Assembly (NCBI GenBank): GCA_037139055.1
Contig: JBAXHE010000010.1
Span: 91-64,090, forward strand
Origin: Betaproteobacteria bacterium
GTDB lineage: Bacteria; Pseudomonadota; Gammaproteobacteria; Burkholderiales; Rhodocyclaceae
Direction: 5' to 3'
DNA length: 64,000 nt
Positions 10,555-25,113 of this stretch are shown piece by piece. Each line of letters begins with the position of its first letter. The first letter of the stretch is position 1. The notes beneath the pieces are model-generated. The model did not search any database. It was not told where the DNA came from and saw nothing but the letters and a program-made list of their open reading frames with translations. Position numbers and translations under genes: made by a program.

Positions 10555-12256
10555 TTTCGATCATCCGGGTGATCTGCCATTGTTGAGCAATCGACAGAAT
10601 ATTATTCACCACCCAGTACAGCACCAGACCTGAAGGGAAGGAAAAGAACATGAAGCCGAAGATAAAGGGCATCAACATCATCACTTTAGCCTGGATTGGA
10701 TCAGGCGGTGTCGGATTGAGCTTGGTTTGTATCATCATGGTGATCACCATGATGATCGGTAGCGGACCCACCGGGATATTGATCAAGGGAATTACGCCGA
10801 ACAACGAGTCCGGAACGGACAAGTCGGTAATCCAGAGTAGCCATGGCGCGCCACGCATCTCGACGGCGCCGAGCAATGCCCAGTAGAGCGCAATAAAGAC
10901 CGGGATCTGCACGACAATCGGCAAACAGCCACCGAGAGGATTGATTTTCTCAGTCTTGTAGAGATTCATCATCTCGGTATTCAGTTTCTGCTTGTCGTCG
11001 CCGTAGCGTTCTTTCAACGCCGTCATTCTTGGGGTCACGGTACGCATCTTGGCCATCGACTTATAGCTGGCGGCGGACAACGGGAAGAAGATCAACTTGA
11101 TGCCAATGGTCAGCAGAACAATCGCCCAGCCCCAGTTTCCGACGAACTGGTGAATGACATCGAGGCACCAGAAAATCGGGGCAGCAACGATGGTCAGCCA
11201 GCCGTAGTCAACCACCAGGGGCAGTCCTTTGGCGCCAATTCCGCCGTCAACAACCGGTTTCGCCAACTGTTCGAGGGCGCTCTGAATCTGCGGACCCGCA
11301 TAAAGCGAAACGGACTGATTTATTTTGCTGCCAGGAGCAGCCGCGGGGATAGGAACAATGACGCCTGCTGATACGGTCATCGGGTTGCTTCCATCCTGTT
11401 TGCGGATGAAAAACTCGCGCGGCACACTTTCCGCAGGAACCCAAGCCGAAACGAAGTAATGCTGCACCATGCCGACCCAGCCGTTATCAGCCTTCTGGGA
11501 GAATTTCGCCTTGCCCTTTTCGACGTCGCTGAACTCGACCTTCTGGAATTTTTCCTGCTCGGTATAGATTGCGGGGCCGGTAAAAGTACTGACCATGCTA
11601 TTTTCACCATCAGGCGTGACGTTATCACGCTGAAGCTGGTAGTACGCATGCGCCAGAATTTCTTTCTGACTGCCGTTGTCGATTTCGTAGCCGACGTTGA
11701 TCAAGTAGCTTCCACGCGTAAAGGTATAAAGCTTGCTGACCTTCACACCATTGACCGACGGAGCTTCAAGTCGTAGCTGCAAGGTATTGGCGTCTGGGCC
11801 AAGCTCGCGATTTCCACGGGCAACTGAGAAAACGGTTTTGTGATTCGGCAAACCCTCGCCAATTAGACCGCTTTGCGCAAGATAATGGTGCTTATCTTCA
11901 AACAGCAAGAACGAACTGCTCTTTGCCACCGACGCTTTATAGTTGTTCAGCGCCAATTTGACTATGTCACCGCCTTGAACTGAAATGTCCGCGACAAACA
12001 GGTCCGTTTTAACCGTAACCATTTCACCCTTGGGCGCTGCCGCAATGGCACTCAATGGCGGAATAGCCGGTGATGACGCCAAAGCCGGAACGCCACTTTG
12101 CGGTATCGACGGAACCGGTAGCGGTGAATTATTTGCCTGTACAGGCATAGCCTGTTGCACAGCAACTTGAGGTTGGTTATGTTTTTGCCAGGCATCCCAT
12201 AGAAGGAAAAGGGAGGTAGCAAAAACAATGAGAAGAATCAGGCGTCGGTTATCCAT
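10520..12256 (-). CDS. yidC: membrane protein insertase YidC
   Basis: [31 protein letters not shown]. Confidence 0.97.
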   Translation of the reverse strand: MDNRRLILLIVFATSLFLLWDAWQKHNQPQVAVQQAMPVQANNSPLPVPSIPQSGVPALASSPAIPPLSAIAAAPKGEMVTVKTDLFVADISVQGGDIVKLALNNYKASVAKSSSFLLFEDKHHYLAQSGLIGEGLPNHKTVFSVARGNRELGPDANTLQLRLEAPSVNGVKVSKLYTFTRGSYLINVGYEIDNGSQKEILAHAYYQLQRDNVTPDGENSMVSTFTGPAIYTEQEKFQKVEFSDVEKGKAKFSQKADNGWVGMVQHYFVSAWVPAESVPREFFIRKQDGSNPMTVSAGVIVPIPAAAPGSKINQSVSLYAGPQIQSALEQLAKPVVDGGIGAKGLPLVVDYGWLTIVAAPIFWCLDVIHQFVGNWGWAIVLLTIGIKLIFFPLSAASYKSMAKMRTVTPRMTALKERYGDDKQKLNTEMMNLYKTEKINPLGGCLPIVVQIPVFIALYWALLGAVEMRGAPWLLWITDLSVPDSLFGVIPLINIPVGPLPIIMVITMMIQTKLNPTPPDPIQAKVMMLMPFIFGFMFFSFPSGLVLYWVVNNILSIAQQWQITRMIENGGKATNDAKH

Positions 12257-12279
12257 GAAAAGCCTATACGATGTAGTGA

Positions 12280-12489
12280 TCAGGGAACAGGGTCAAAGCC
12301 ACCGGAATTCCAAGGGTGGCAGCGGAAAATACGTTTCAGGCCAAGGCGTAATCCTTTGAATGCACCGTATTTTGTCACAGCCTCGGCGGTGTACTCTGAA
12401 CACGTTGGTAAAAAGCGGCAACGAGGGCCTAACATGGGGCTTATCCCATACTGGTAAAAACGAATTAGTACCTGTATCAGCGTTTTCAT
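12280..12489 (-). CDS. yidD: membrane protein insertion efficiency factor YidD
   Basis: [28 protein letters not shown]; synteny. Confidence 0.95.
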   Translation of the reverse strand: MKTLIQVLIRFYQYGISPMLGPRCRFLPTCSEYTAEAVTKYGAFKGLRLGLKRIFRCHPWNSGGFDPVP

Positions 12490-12493
12490 CGTT

Positions 12494-12886
12494 TCATTTT
12501 TCAGGTGAAATCATTCGTCCCAGCAGCCCTTGAATTTCACTCGCCAGAACTCGCCGATCAAGCAGCTGTGGTTTATTCGCCAGTCTCACAATCAGGTCGC
12601 GGGAGGGTAAACTGCTGCGCAATATGCGAAAGCGCTCCCGAACCAGTCTGCGTAACAAATTTCTATCGACCGAGCGTCGCAGCAAGCGTTTCGCTACCAC
12701 AACACCTAGACGTGCCCCGAGTTCACTACCTTCGGAACGAAGGCGGTAATGTAACAGGAAATGCGTACTCTTAATTGCCTTCCTGAAACCAAAAACGGAT
12801 GAAAATTCATCCGTTTTTGTCAGTCGGTAATTCTTAGGGAATGCTTCGGAAGGAATAATGCTCTCCCGTTTTTCTATAGCGTTCAA
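12494..12886 (-). CDS. rnpA: ribonuclease P protein component
   Basis: [26 protein letters not shown]; start uncertain (TTG overlaps the rpmH stop). Confidence 0.92.
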   Translation of the reverse strand: MNAIEKRESIIPSEAFPKNYRLTKTDEFSSVFGFRKAIKSTHFLLHYRLRSEGSELGARLGVVVAKRLLRRSVDRNLLRRLVRERFRILRSSLPSRDLIVRLANKPQLLDRRVLASEIQGLLGRMISPEK

Positions 12887-13017
12887 ACAGCCAGGCGATG
12901 TCTGCCCTTGGCTCGTCGTGCACGAATCACGGCGCGCCCACCTCGGGTTGCCATGCGGACAAGAAAGCCGTGGGTACGTTTCCGGCGGATAACCGACGGT
13001 TGATATGTGCGTTTCAT
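12883..13017 (-). CDS. rpmH: 50S ribosomal protein L34
   Basis: Translated by hand: [44 protein letters not shown] (below the ORF-track cutoff). Confidence 0.97.
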   Translation of the reverse strand: MKRTYQPSVIRRKRTHGFLVRMATRGGRAVIRARRAKGRHRLAV

Positions 13018-13104
13018 GATTAAACCCTTGATGTCAGTGCAAAGTAAACGCGCTATTAGACATTGTCAACGTGATGCTTGTCAAGCTTAAAATATACGAA
13101 CAGC

Positions 13105-13113
13105 TGTGGATAA
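13105..13113 (-). promoter_or_regulatory. DnaA box in the dnaA promoter region
   Basis: Perfect TGTGGATAA between rpmH and dnaA. Confidence 0.8.
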
Positions 13114-13308
13114 CTTTCACCTGCCGGGTTAGAATCACAGTCTTAAGCGTACGCACTTCTTGCCGAATAGGCAGATGTATCTATGGACGGCAATAATGAC
13201 TACTTCCTAAGACATCCTGTTTGCGCGATTTTTTTCTCAATACCAAGATCGAAAACGCAACTGCGCGATCTATCTTGTTGTAATTCAATGGAATTGTAAA
13301 ACTTATTA

Positions 13309-14712
13309 ATGAGTAGTTTCTGGACTTCCTGTCTGAGCAAGTTCGAACAAGAACTTCCTCCACAACAATTTAATACCTGGATACGCCCCCTTCGTTTAGA
13401 AGGCGAGGATGATTTGGTTAACGGATTGCGTGTTCTTGCGCCTAATGGTTTCATTCTCAAGTGGGTCAAGGAACGTTACCTGTCGCGTATAGAGGAACTT
13501 GGAAATGCTTATTTCTCTTCCCCTATAAGCGTTTCACTGATGCTCGGTGAACGCCAGACAGTGCCTGTCAATCAAAATAAGCCCACTGTTACTACCCCAC
13601 AGCACAACACGGAAAAAACTTCTGTAACGAATAGCAGTTTTCCTTCCGAACGCATCACCGCTAAAAATCGCTCACTTTCCCTTTATGAGAAAACGCGACT
13701 AATACCTGGCTTTACCTTTGATAATCTTATTGTTGGCAAAGCGAATGATTTGGCCCGCGCAGCTTCTGTCCAGGTCGCAATCAATCCTGGCGGCACGGCT
13801 TATAACCCGATGTTCATTTATGGTGGCGCCGGTTTGGGCAAGACCCATCTAATTCACGCCATTGGTAACCAAATACTGACTGAGAACCCGGATAAGATCG
13901 TTCGCTATGTACACGCCGAAGATTATTATTCCGATGTGGTACGCGCCTATCAAACCAAGTCATTTGATGCCTTCAAGCGCTACTACCGATCGCTCGATGT
14001 GCTACTGCTCGATGATGTTCAGTTTTTTAATGGGAAGAACCGTACTCAGGAAGAATTTTTCTTTGTTTTTAACGCATTAATCGAGGCTAAGAAACAGATA
14101 GTCATCAGTTGTGATACTTATCCAAAAGATATCAATGGGTTGGAAGATCGCCTGATTACTCGCTTTGACTGGGGTCTGACAGTGCAGATTGAACCCCCGG
14201 AAATCGAGATGCGTGTTGCCATCCTGAAGAAAAAAGCAGAAGCCGAAGGTATTTCGCTCGACGACGAGGTCTCGTTCTACATCGCCAAACACCTTCGTTC
14301 CAATGTACGGGAACTTGAAGGTGCCCTGAAAAAGGTTCTTGCTTACGCCTCGTTTCATGGTAAAAAAATTGATCTTGAACTAGCCAAAGATTCTCTAAAA
14401 GACTTGGTCGGTGCTGTTAATCGTCAAATAACCGTTGATAACATTCAAAAAACTGTTGCTGACTACTTCAAGCTTAAAGTCGCAGACCTATTTTCCAGCA
14501 AGCGTACGCGACAAATCGTTCGTCCACGTCAAATTGCTATGTGGCTGGCTAAAAATCTGACTTCGCAAAGTTATCCTTCCATTGGCGATGCTTTTGGCGG
14601 GAGGGATCATACGACGGTACTGCATGCGGTGCGTACGATCGAAAGCCTGCGTAGCAAAGATAATGAATTGAACCATGATGTGCACGTGCTTTTGCAGGTG
14701 CTAAAAGGTTAG
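13309..14712 (+). CDS. dnaA: chromosomal replication initiator DnaA
   Basis: FNTWIRPL, YNPMFIYGGAGLGKTHL, DDVQF, NVRELEGAL, GGRDHTTV. Confidence 0.99.
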   Translation: MSSFWTSCLSKFEQELPPQQFNTWIRPLRLEGEDDLVNGLRVLAPNGFILKWVKERYLSRIEELGNAYFSSPISVSLMLGERQTVPVNQNKPTVTTPQHNTEKTSVTNSSFPSERITAKNRSLSLYEKTRLIPGFTFDNLIVGKANDLARAASVQVAINPGGTAYNPMFIYGGAGLGKTHLIHAIGNQILTENPDKIVRYVHAEDYYSDVVRAYQTKSFDAFKRYYRSLDVLLLDDVQFFNGKNRTQEEFFFVFNALIEAKKQIVISCDTYPKDINGLEDRLITRFDWGLTVQIEPPEIEMRVAILKKKAEAEGISLDDEVSFYIAKHLRSNVRELEGALKKVLAYASFHGKKIDLELAKDSLKDLVGAVNRQITVDNIQKTVADYFKLKVADLFSSKRTRQIVRPRQIAMWLAKNLTSQSYPSIGDAFGGRDHTTVLHAVRTIESLRSKDNELNHDVHVLLQVLKG

Positions 14713-14923
14713 TTTTTATATGTATAAGTACGCTTGTGAACTGTGTGTAATTTGTTGATAAACCTTGTTTTTTGTGGATATTGAAAAGTTATTCTTTTTT
14801 ATCCACAACTGAATACAGAGTTTACACTGTACTTAATTTTGGTAATAACTATCTGTAATTTATACGTAATATTTTGTTATCCACAGATTTGACCTTGATA
14901 TTATCTTTATAGGGTTTATATAT
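14713..14923. other. probable oriC (dnaA-dnaN intergenic region)
   Basis: Very AT-rich; perfect TTATCCACA at 14799 and 14877; near-matches at 14719, 14742, 14753 and 14773. Confidence 0.8.
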
Positions 14924-18564
<3,641 letters not shown>

Positions 18565-18588
18565 GCGTTTCACTGATTGAAGGTGAAT

Positions 18589-18622
18589 GAGGCCCCGAGT
18601 GAGCTCGGGGCCTCTTCCATTT
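18589..18622 (+). terminator. intrinsic terminator after gyrB
   Basis: GAGGCCCCGAG-tgag-CTCGGGGCCTC followed by TTCCATTT. Confidence 0.75.
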
Positions 18623-18631
18623 GGAGGCAGC

Positions 18632-19336
18632 ATGCAACTTGAGAGATTGCTCAGATCACAGGGCTTTGGTAGTCGGCCAGAATGCAGACGACTCATTCTG
18701 GCAGGTGGTGTCAGTATCAATGGAACAGTCTGCGAGGATCCCTTGGCAGAGTTTGAACCCATCGACCTGACATTCATGGTCGATGGAGTCGAATGGAAAT
18801 ATCGGGAGAATGCCTATATCCTCTTGAATAAACCGGCGAATTTCGAATGTTCGCATAAACCGAAATTTCACCCCAGTGTCTATTCACTGCTTCCGCCACA
18901 ACTGATTGTCCGTGGCGTTCAGGCGGTAGGACGTCTTGACGAGGATACGACGGGCTTACTGCTATTCTCTGACGACGGACAGTTCATACATACATACACC
19001 TCACCGAAAAAGAAAGTTCCTAAGGTCTACGATGTTGTCACCAAGCATCCGCTTGCTGAAAACCAGATCGAAAGTCTCCTCAAAGGCGTGGTACTCAACG
19101 ACGAACCTGAGCCCATATCAGCAGCAGCCTGCGAATGTCATGCGGAAAACCTGTTACGAATGACGGTGACCGAGGGAAAATATCATCTCGTTAAGCGGAT
19201 GGTCGCTGCCGCCGGAAATCGTGTCGAACACTTGAATCGTGTGGCAGTCGGAGGCTTGGGCTTGCCAGGTGATTTGGCCGAAGGTGCCTGGCGTTGGCTC
19301 GACAAGGGCGATCTGGAGCATCTGGCGGGTAAATGA
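18632..19336 (+). CDS. rsuA: 16S rRNA pseudouridine(516) synthase, RsuA family
   Basis: S4 domain, LNKP, GRLDEDTTGLLL, EGKYH.VKRM; GGAGG RBS before ATG 18632. Confidence 0.88.
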   Translation: MQLERLLRSQGFGSRPECRRLILAGGVSINGTVCEDPLAEFEPIDLTFMVDGVEWKYRENAYILLNKPANFECSHKPKFHPSVYSLLPPQLIVRGVQAVGRLDEDTTGLLLFSDDGQFIHTYTSPKKKVPKVYDVVTKHPLAENQIESLLKGVVLNDEPEPISAAACECHAENLLRMTVTEGKYHLVKRMVAAAGNRVEHLNRVAVGGLGLPGDLAEGAWRWLDKGDLEHLAGK

Positions 19337-19425
19337 AAGTGTCCAGCATCGGGGCGTTATGAAAAGAGCGGTGGCTCATGGTTATGAGATTCACCGCTCC
19401 TAAGAGAACTCATTGCAAGCCGTAG

Positions 19426-19441
19426 TGTTTCACGTGGAACA
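19426..19441. promoter_or_regulatory. parS centromere site
   Basis: TGTTTCACGTGGAACA, identical to the site at 16062; intergenic. Confidence 0.88.
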
Positions 19442-19471
19442 ACTCGGCCACGCAGAAGATAATTAATCGCC

Positions 19472-22057
19472 CTACTTTTTTACCTTGGTTGCCTTGGCTG
19501 GTGCTTTCTTTGGCTCCGCTTTTTCTGCTGCTGGTTTTGCTACTTTTGCTGGGGCTTTGGCTTTTGGCTCGCGCTTTTCAAATTCAAAGCCAACTTTACC
19601 GTCAGCGCCGCGTACCAGAAAAGCCGAAAATTTCCGACGGGTTCGGGCTGAAACGAAATCCTTGAGCAAATCTGTACGGCCGGTGATGAGCAGTTTTTGC
19701 ATCTGACTGGGTTCAACCGTTTGCTGAAGAATGACTTTGCCAGAACGGAAATCACAGCTCTTAACCGGACCAACCGATTTTTCACAGACATACGACATTC
19801 CATGCTCAAAAACCGCACTGTTGCATTTTGGGCAGGCACCCAGTGAACTCTGGGCGGAGAAATCGACTTCCTCAGCAGAGCCCGAATCGCCGCCTGTGCC
19901 CTGTCCGAAATCAAATTCGGGGGTGTGGGCTTCATTAAGGCGAATGATGGCGTTAAAAGGGCGCCCCATCTTGTTACGGAAGCCAGTCAGCGGACCGATC
20001 TTGCGCTCGGTGAGTAATTCCTCGATCTCAATGGCCTCAAACTGCCGGCTAGCGACAATTTTCCAGAGCGAAAAGTCACACCCCTGGCACTGAAATTTTT
20101 TGTAGGTTTCTTTGATCAAGCCACCGCACTTGGGACAAGGCGTCTTCAGCTCACCAAAATCGCCGGGAATAGTATCGCTATCGTAAGTTTTTGCCCGGTC
20201 GACGATATGCTGCGTCATGGCGGCAATTTCGGTCATGAAAGCGTCACGAGACATCTCTCCGCGCTCCATCCGCGCCAGCTTGTACTCCCATTCACCGGTG
20301 AGCTCTGCTGCAGTGAGCTCAGGAATACCCAGGCCGTTGAGCAGGGTCATCAGAGAAAAGGCCTTGGCCGTCGGTTGCAAGTCGCGGCCTTCGCGATGCA
20401 GATATTGCTCTCCAATCAGGTTTTCAATAATCTGCGCGCGAGTAGCCGGTGTCCCCAGCCCTCTTCCGGCCATGGCCGCCTTTAGCTCTTCGTCATCAAC
20501 TGTTTTTCCAGCACCTTCCATGGCCGAAAGCAGTGTCGCTTCTGAATATCGGGGGGGCGGACGGGTTTCAGTGGCATTAAGCACAACCTCATTGGCCTTG
20601 ACCATTTCCTTGGGTTTAACGGCAACCAGATTTCCTTCATCGCCATCCTGACCTTCACGACCATATACGGCGAGCCAGCCCGGATTAACCAAAACTTTAC
20701 CTTCGGTTTTGAAGGGTTCGCCCTCAACGCGAGTGATACGGGTAGTGATCAGATACTCGGCAGCCGGGTAAAACACTGCGAGGAAACGCTTGACCACCAT
20801 GTCGTAAAGCTTTTGCTCGGGTTCGGAGAGATGCTTTGGTGCCTGCAGTGTGGGGATAATGGCAAAGTGATCGGAAATCTTGGCATTATTGAAGATACGC
20901 TTGTTCGGCAAGACCCATTTGCGCGCCAAAATCTGATGTGCGAAGGGCGAGTAGCGGGACAGCAAGGTTTCGTCATGACCCTTGCCGACACCTTCGCCAG
21001 TAAGCATCGTCAGCGTTTCCTTGACGGTAACCAGGTAATCCTCGGGCAGCGCCCGGGCATCGGTCCGTGGGTAAGTCAGTACCTTGTGCTTTTCATAAAG
21101 CGCTTGCGCCAGCCCCAGGGTAGACTTGGCGGAAAAGCCAAAACGGCTGTTGGCTTCACGCTGCAGGCTGGTCAGATCAAACAATAAGGGTGAAAGTTGC
21201 GAAGATGGCTTGGATTCCTCGCTAACCGCACCAGGTTTTCCGCCACACTTGCTCTGTAGAGCCTTGGCACGGGCTTCATCCCATAATCGATCTGCGCGCT
21301 GGTGTTCGTCCTCCTCCGCCTTGCCCTTGGAGAAATTTTCGTCAAACCACTTCCCTTTATACTCTCCGGCGGCGCAGGAAAAACTCCCTTCGAGTTCCCA
21401 ATAGGGGCGTGGCTTGAATTTGCGGATCTTGTCTTCGCGATCAACCATAAGCGCCAGAGTCGGTGTCTGAACACGACCCACGGTGGTCAGGTGAAAGCCA
21501 CCGGTCTTGGAGTTGAACGCTGTCATGGCACGCGTGCCATTAATGCCCACCAGCCAATCAGATTCGGAACGGCAAACCGCAGCATCGGCCAGACCTTGCA
21601 TTTCGATTCCTGCACGCAAGCGGGTAAATCCGTCTTTGATCGCTTGCTGAGTCATCGACTGCAGCCACAAACGCTCAACCGGTTTCGCGGTTTTGGTATG
21701 CTGGGCGATATAGTTGAATATCAGTTCCCCTTCCCGACCCGCGTCACAGGCGTTAATCAGGGAAGTCACTTCTTTGCGCTTGATCAGCCGTGTCAGTAGC
21801 TTAAGCCGGGATTCGGTTTTCTCGATGGGGCGCAGAGCAAAATAGGGCGGAATAACGGGTAAATGGGCAAAAGACCATTTGCCGCGCTTGACCTCGTAGT
21901 CCTCAGGGCAAGCGAGCTCAAGGAGATGACCAAGCGCAGAACAGAGTACATACTCGTCAGACTCGAAGTAATCGTCGTTCTTGGTGAACCCGCCCATTGC
22001 GCGAGCAATATCAGCAGCAACGGAAGGTTTTTCGGCAATGATCAGCTTCTTGCTCAT
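19472..22057 (-). CDS. topB: type IA DNA topoisomerase (betaproteobacterial TopB-type)
   Basis: IAEKPSVA, DAGREGE, GRVQTPTL, LTYPRTD, GLGTPATR, Zn-ribbon repeats, Lys/Ala-rich tail. Confidence 0.93.
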   Translation of the reverse strand: MSKKLIIAEKPSVAADIARAMGGFTKNDDYFESDEYVLCSALGHLLELACPEDYEVKRGKWSFAHLPVIPPYFALRPIEKTESRLKLLTRLIKRKEVTSLINACDAGREGELIFNYIAQHTKTAKPVERLWLQSMTQQAIKDGFTRLRAGIEMQGLADAAVCRSESDWLVGINGTRAMTAFNSKTGGFHLTTVGRVQTPTLALMVDREDKIRKFKPRPYWELEGSFSCAAGEYKGKWFDENFSKGKAEEDEHQRADRLWDEARAKALQSKCGGKPGAVSEESKPSSQLSPLLFDLTSLQREANSRFGFSAKSTLGLAQALYEKHKVLTYPRTDARALPEDYLVTVKETLTMLTGEGVGKGHDETLLSRYSPFAHQILARKWVLPNKRIFNNAKISDHFAIIPTLQAPKHLSEPEQKLYDMVVKRFLAVFYPAAEYLITTRITRVEGEPFKTEGKVLVNPGWLAVYGREGQDGDEGNLVAVKPKEMVKANEVVLNATETRPPPRYSEATLLSAMEGAGKTVDDEELKAAMAGRGLGTPATRAQIIENLIGEQYLHREGRDLQPTAKAFSLMTLLNGLGIPELTAAELTGEWEYKLARMERGEMSRDAFMTEIAAMTQHIVDRAKTYDSDTIPGDFGELKTPCPKCGGLIKETYKKFQCQGCDFSLWKIVASRQFEAIEIEELLTERKIGPLTGFRNKMGRPFNAIIRLNEAHTPEFDFGQGTGGDSGSAEEVDFSAQSSLGACPKCNSAVFEHGMSYVCEKSVGPVKSCDFRSGKVILQQTVEPSQMQKLLITGRTDLLKDFVSARTRRKFSAFLVRGADGKVGFEFEKREPKAKAPAKVAKPAAEKAEPKKAPAKATKVKK

Positions 22058-22279
22058 GGAGTCGAATGTGGCCTGTGTAGGTGGCTAAATAAATATTAGG
22101 ACGGCATTATTGCCATCCCTCTGAGGATAATAAAAGCAGTCTGCTGGGTTGGCAAGCAGCCGCAAAATGACAATTCAGTGTTAGTCAGGCATCAGAGGGG
22201 AGTGATTATCACCCACTCGGAAGAAACATGTTTACAAGAATGAGTGGCAATACGGGAAACTGTCAACAACTATAGAAGT

Positions 22280-23371
22280 TCAGGAAGGGAATAGTTGCTG
22301 ATAACGCCCTCCCGAAAGACTGGCGACACGACCCTCAAGCTCAAGCTGAAGAAGGGCCACGAAGAGTTCGTGAACCGGCAAGCCGGTGCGCTGAGCCAAC
22401 TGGTCAATGCCCAAGGGATCAAAGCCCATGGCAGACAGCAGAACAGAGTAAGTCGGAGGCTTGGAAAAAATAGAATCCTCCAGAGGAGGAATGCCGATAT
22501 TCCAGCGGAGTTCGTCCAGTACATCCTGGACCGTCTCAACTAGCTTGGCGCCTTGCTTGATCAATTGGTGACATCCCCGCGACTGGGGCGAATGTATCGA
22601 ACCGGGAATGGCAAAAACTTCACGGCCTTGTTCACATGCCAGCCGCGAGGTGATCAGAGAACCACTTTCGATAGCCGCTTCAACCACCAGCACTCCAAGA
22701 GACAAGCCAGAAATAAGGCGGTTTCGGCGCGGAAAGTTAGAGGCAGATGCCGGCGTGCCGAGCGGAAATTCGGAGACAATGGCTCCGGTATGGGCGATGT
22801 CTATCGTTAACTGCTTATTTTTCGCTGGATAAATACGATCTATACCGGTGCCGATGAAGGCGACGGTGTCACCATCAACGGCCAGGGCGCCGCGATGCGC
22901 AGCGGCGTCGATACCTAGAGCTAATCCACTGGTGATGCTAAGACCCGCTTGGGAGAGGGCAGCGGCAAAGCGCTCGGCATTTTGTATGCCTTGCGGCGTC
23001 GGGTTACGACTTCCGACTATCGCGAGCGCCGGTTTGTTAAGCAGATCGATGCGTCCGCGAACATACAGGAGAATGGGAGGATCAGGAATTTGCAACAGCA
23101 GCTGTGGATATTCAGGATCGGCCAGAGTGACAATCTGCTGCCCCTCCGACTCTGACCACCGGAGGGCTGATTCAACGTGGGCCGAATTATCGGTCTCAAT
23201 GAGAAGATCGACAGACCGAACGCTGATGACCTGAGCAAGGGAAGCTCTGCTGGTAGAAAAAATAACTTCGGGAAGGCCGAAAGCAGTGAGCAGCTTGCGC
23301 TGAGTTACACCACCGATTCCTGGAATCAGCGCCAGGCGCAGCCAAGCTGACAGGGCCCCTCCGGAAAACAT
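22280..23371 (-). CDS. dprA: DNA-processing protein DprA
   Basis: AIVGSR, SGLALGIDAAAH, FPRRNRLISG, VEAA..SGSLIT, GREVFAIPG. Confidence 0.96.
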   Translation of the reverse strand: MFSGGALSAWLRLALIPGIGGVTQRKLLTAFGLPEVIFSTSRASLAQVISVRSVDLLIETDNSAHVESALRWSESEGQQIVTLADPEYPQLLLQIPDPPILLYVRGRIDLLNKPALAIVGSRNPTPQGIQNAERFAAALSQAGLSITSGLALGIDAAAHRGALAVDGDTVAFIGTGIDRIYPAKNKQLTIDIAHTGAIVSEFPLGTPASASNFPRRNRLISGLSLGVLVVEAAIESGSLITSRLACEQGREVFAIPGSIHSPQSRGCHQLIKQGAKLVETVQDVLDELRWNIGIPPLEDSIFSKPPTYSVLLSAMGFDPLGIDQLAQRTGLPVHELFVALLQLELEGRVASLSGGRYQQLFPS

Positions 23372-23374
23372 CGC

Positions 23375-24409
23375 TCAAGGGGTGCGGACAAAGTCATTAA
23401 CTTCAACAACTCCTTCGGACTGCACCACCAGGGCGTAAGAAATTCGTTCGAAGGTACGGAAAATAAAGACCAAGCCGGTACGCTCGGGAGGAATCTGAAC
23501 ATTCACCTTTCTGTCATTCTCGTCGCGCTGGACAGCGATGCGGTTGCGTTCAAGTGCAAGGACATGGCCGATTTCCAGCCCGTCCCGGGAGCCGCGATTA
23601 AGTGAAACCACCGAGCCATGCCCGGCCGTTCCGATACCCCCATAAACTGGAACACCGTAGATAGACATAATGCGCCCGTCGATGGGAAAATCCGGTTTGT
23701 GTGGTACGTAATCAATCAACGGAGGCCGCACGGAGGGAATAAGGCGGTCGCCCCGGCCGATTTCCTCTTTAGAGCTGAGAATCTCGAAGGTCGCCGGGTT
23801 GCCAGGGCGAATTTGCTTTGCCGTACCCAGGTAAAAAGCTTCATACCCGATAATCAGATTGTTATCCGCTGGGTCACGTAAGGGTTTGCCATTACGAAAA
23901 ATCTGCCACAACTCCTTGCTAGCATCGGCATTCTCAACATACGCCAGGTCACCTTTGCCAAGATATACGCGGTCCTGCTGCGTGGCGACGATTCGTGCCG
24001 CCTTATTTAGGCCTTCGGCATCAACCACCAGGGGTGCCGAGATGAACGGCTCGATGACATTGGGAGGAATGGCAGGAATCGCCTCGGATACGGATTCGGA
24101 ATAGATTTTAGGTTGCAGTTTGACGCTTTGAACCCGCAACAGCGGATTTCCATCCTGATCACTATCCAGAATGACCACATCACCCGGATAGATACGGTGC
24201 GGGTTTTTGATCTGTTCTTTGTTCATGCGCCAAATTTCCGGCCAGCGCCAGGGTTCCTTGAGAAACCGGGAAGAAATGCCCCACAGGGTATCGCCAGGGA
24301 TAACAATGTGTCTTTCCGGGGCATTAGGCGCCAATTGCAGAGGTGGCTCAGCAGCGACACAAAATGTGCTTGCCACAGCCAGAATGAGCGCGGATATAAT
24401 GCGAACCAT
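23375..24409 (-). CDS. LysM peptidoglycan-binding protein (TsaP-like)
   Basis: Signal peptide, GDTLWGIS..FL..PW.WPEIW, NPH.IYPGD; GAGGA RBS before ATG 24409; typical def/dprA synteny. Confidence 0.87.
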   Translation of the reverse strand: MVRIISALILAVASTFCVAAEPPLQLAPNAPERHIVIPGDTLWGISSRFLKEPWRWPEIWRMNKEQIKNPHRIYPGDVVILDSDQDGNPLLRVQSVKLQPKIYSESVSEAIPAIPPNVIEPFISAPLVVDAEGLNKAARIVATQQDRVYLGKGDLAYVENADASKELWQIFRNGKPLRDPADNNLIIGYEAFYLGTAKQIRPGNPATFEILSSKEEIGRGDRLIPSVRPPLIDYVPHKPDFPIDGRIMSIYGVPVYGGIGTAGHGSVVSLNRGSRDGLEIGHVLALERNRIAVQRDENDRKVNVQIPPERTGLVFIFRTFERISYALVVQSEGVVEVNDFVRTP

Positions 24410-24609
24410 CGTGTTATCCTCGTGCGAGCAGTCGGCTAAGTCAGTGAATGCTTGCGTAAATGGGGTGGAGGTGGCTTCGGGGCGTGCTCCCGTACTACCA
24501 CCAGAACGCTCGCTGCCACTGATATCGCCTACCATGCGCGTAAATTGCGCGGTTATTCAAGATATTCCATTAGATTCTGCACGTAATAATTTCTTCGATC
24601 AAGCTTTTT

Positions 24610-25113
24610 ATGCCGCTACTACCGATACTTCGCTTTCCTGATCCGCGCCTGAAAAAAATCGCCGCCCCGGTGCACCGGGTTGATGAAAGTATTCGTCGCC
24701 TGGCTCGCGATATGGCTGAAACCATGTACGAAGCCCCGGGTATTGGCCTGGCGGCAACCCAGGTAGATGTTCATAAACAGGTCATCGTCATTGATGCTTC
24801 GGAAACCCGCGACCAGTTACTTGTTCTGGTCAATCCTGAATTGATCGAAAGCGATGGGGTGCAGATGGGTGAAGAGGGATGCCTCTCGGTTCCCGGCATC
24901 TACGATAAGGTTGAACGCGCCGAGCGCGTCGTGGTGCGCTACCTCGATCTGGACGGAAAATCGCAGACGGTGAGCGCCGAGGGCTTGCTGGCGGTTTGCC
25001 TGCAGCATGAAATCGACCATTTGCAGGGGCGAGTATTTGTCGAACATCTCTCCACCCTCAAGCAAATGCGCATCAAATCCAAAATGCTCAAACAGTCGCG
25101 GATTACGGCGTGA
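24610..25113 (+). CDS. def: peptide deformylase
   Basis: [21 protein letters not shown]. Confidence 0.98.
   Translation: MPLLPILRFPDPRLKKIAAPVHRVDESIRRLARDMAETMYEAPGIGLAATQVDVHKQVIVIDASETRDQLLVLVNPELIESDGVQMGEEGCLSVPGIYDKVERAERVVVRYLDLDGKSQTVSAEGLLAVCLQHEIDHLQGRVFVEHLSTLKQMRIKSKMLKQSRITA

Noticed and set aside
24410-24535. Upstream extension or structured leader of the LysM gene
   Set aside because: The RBS and signal peptide point to ATG 24409, and I recognised no known RNA motif.
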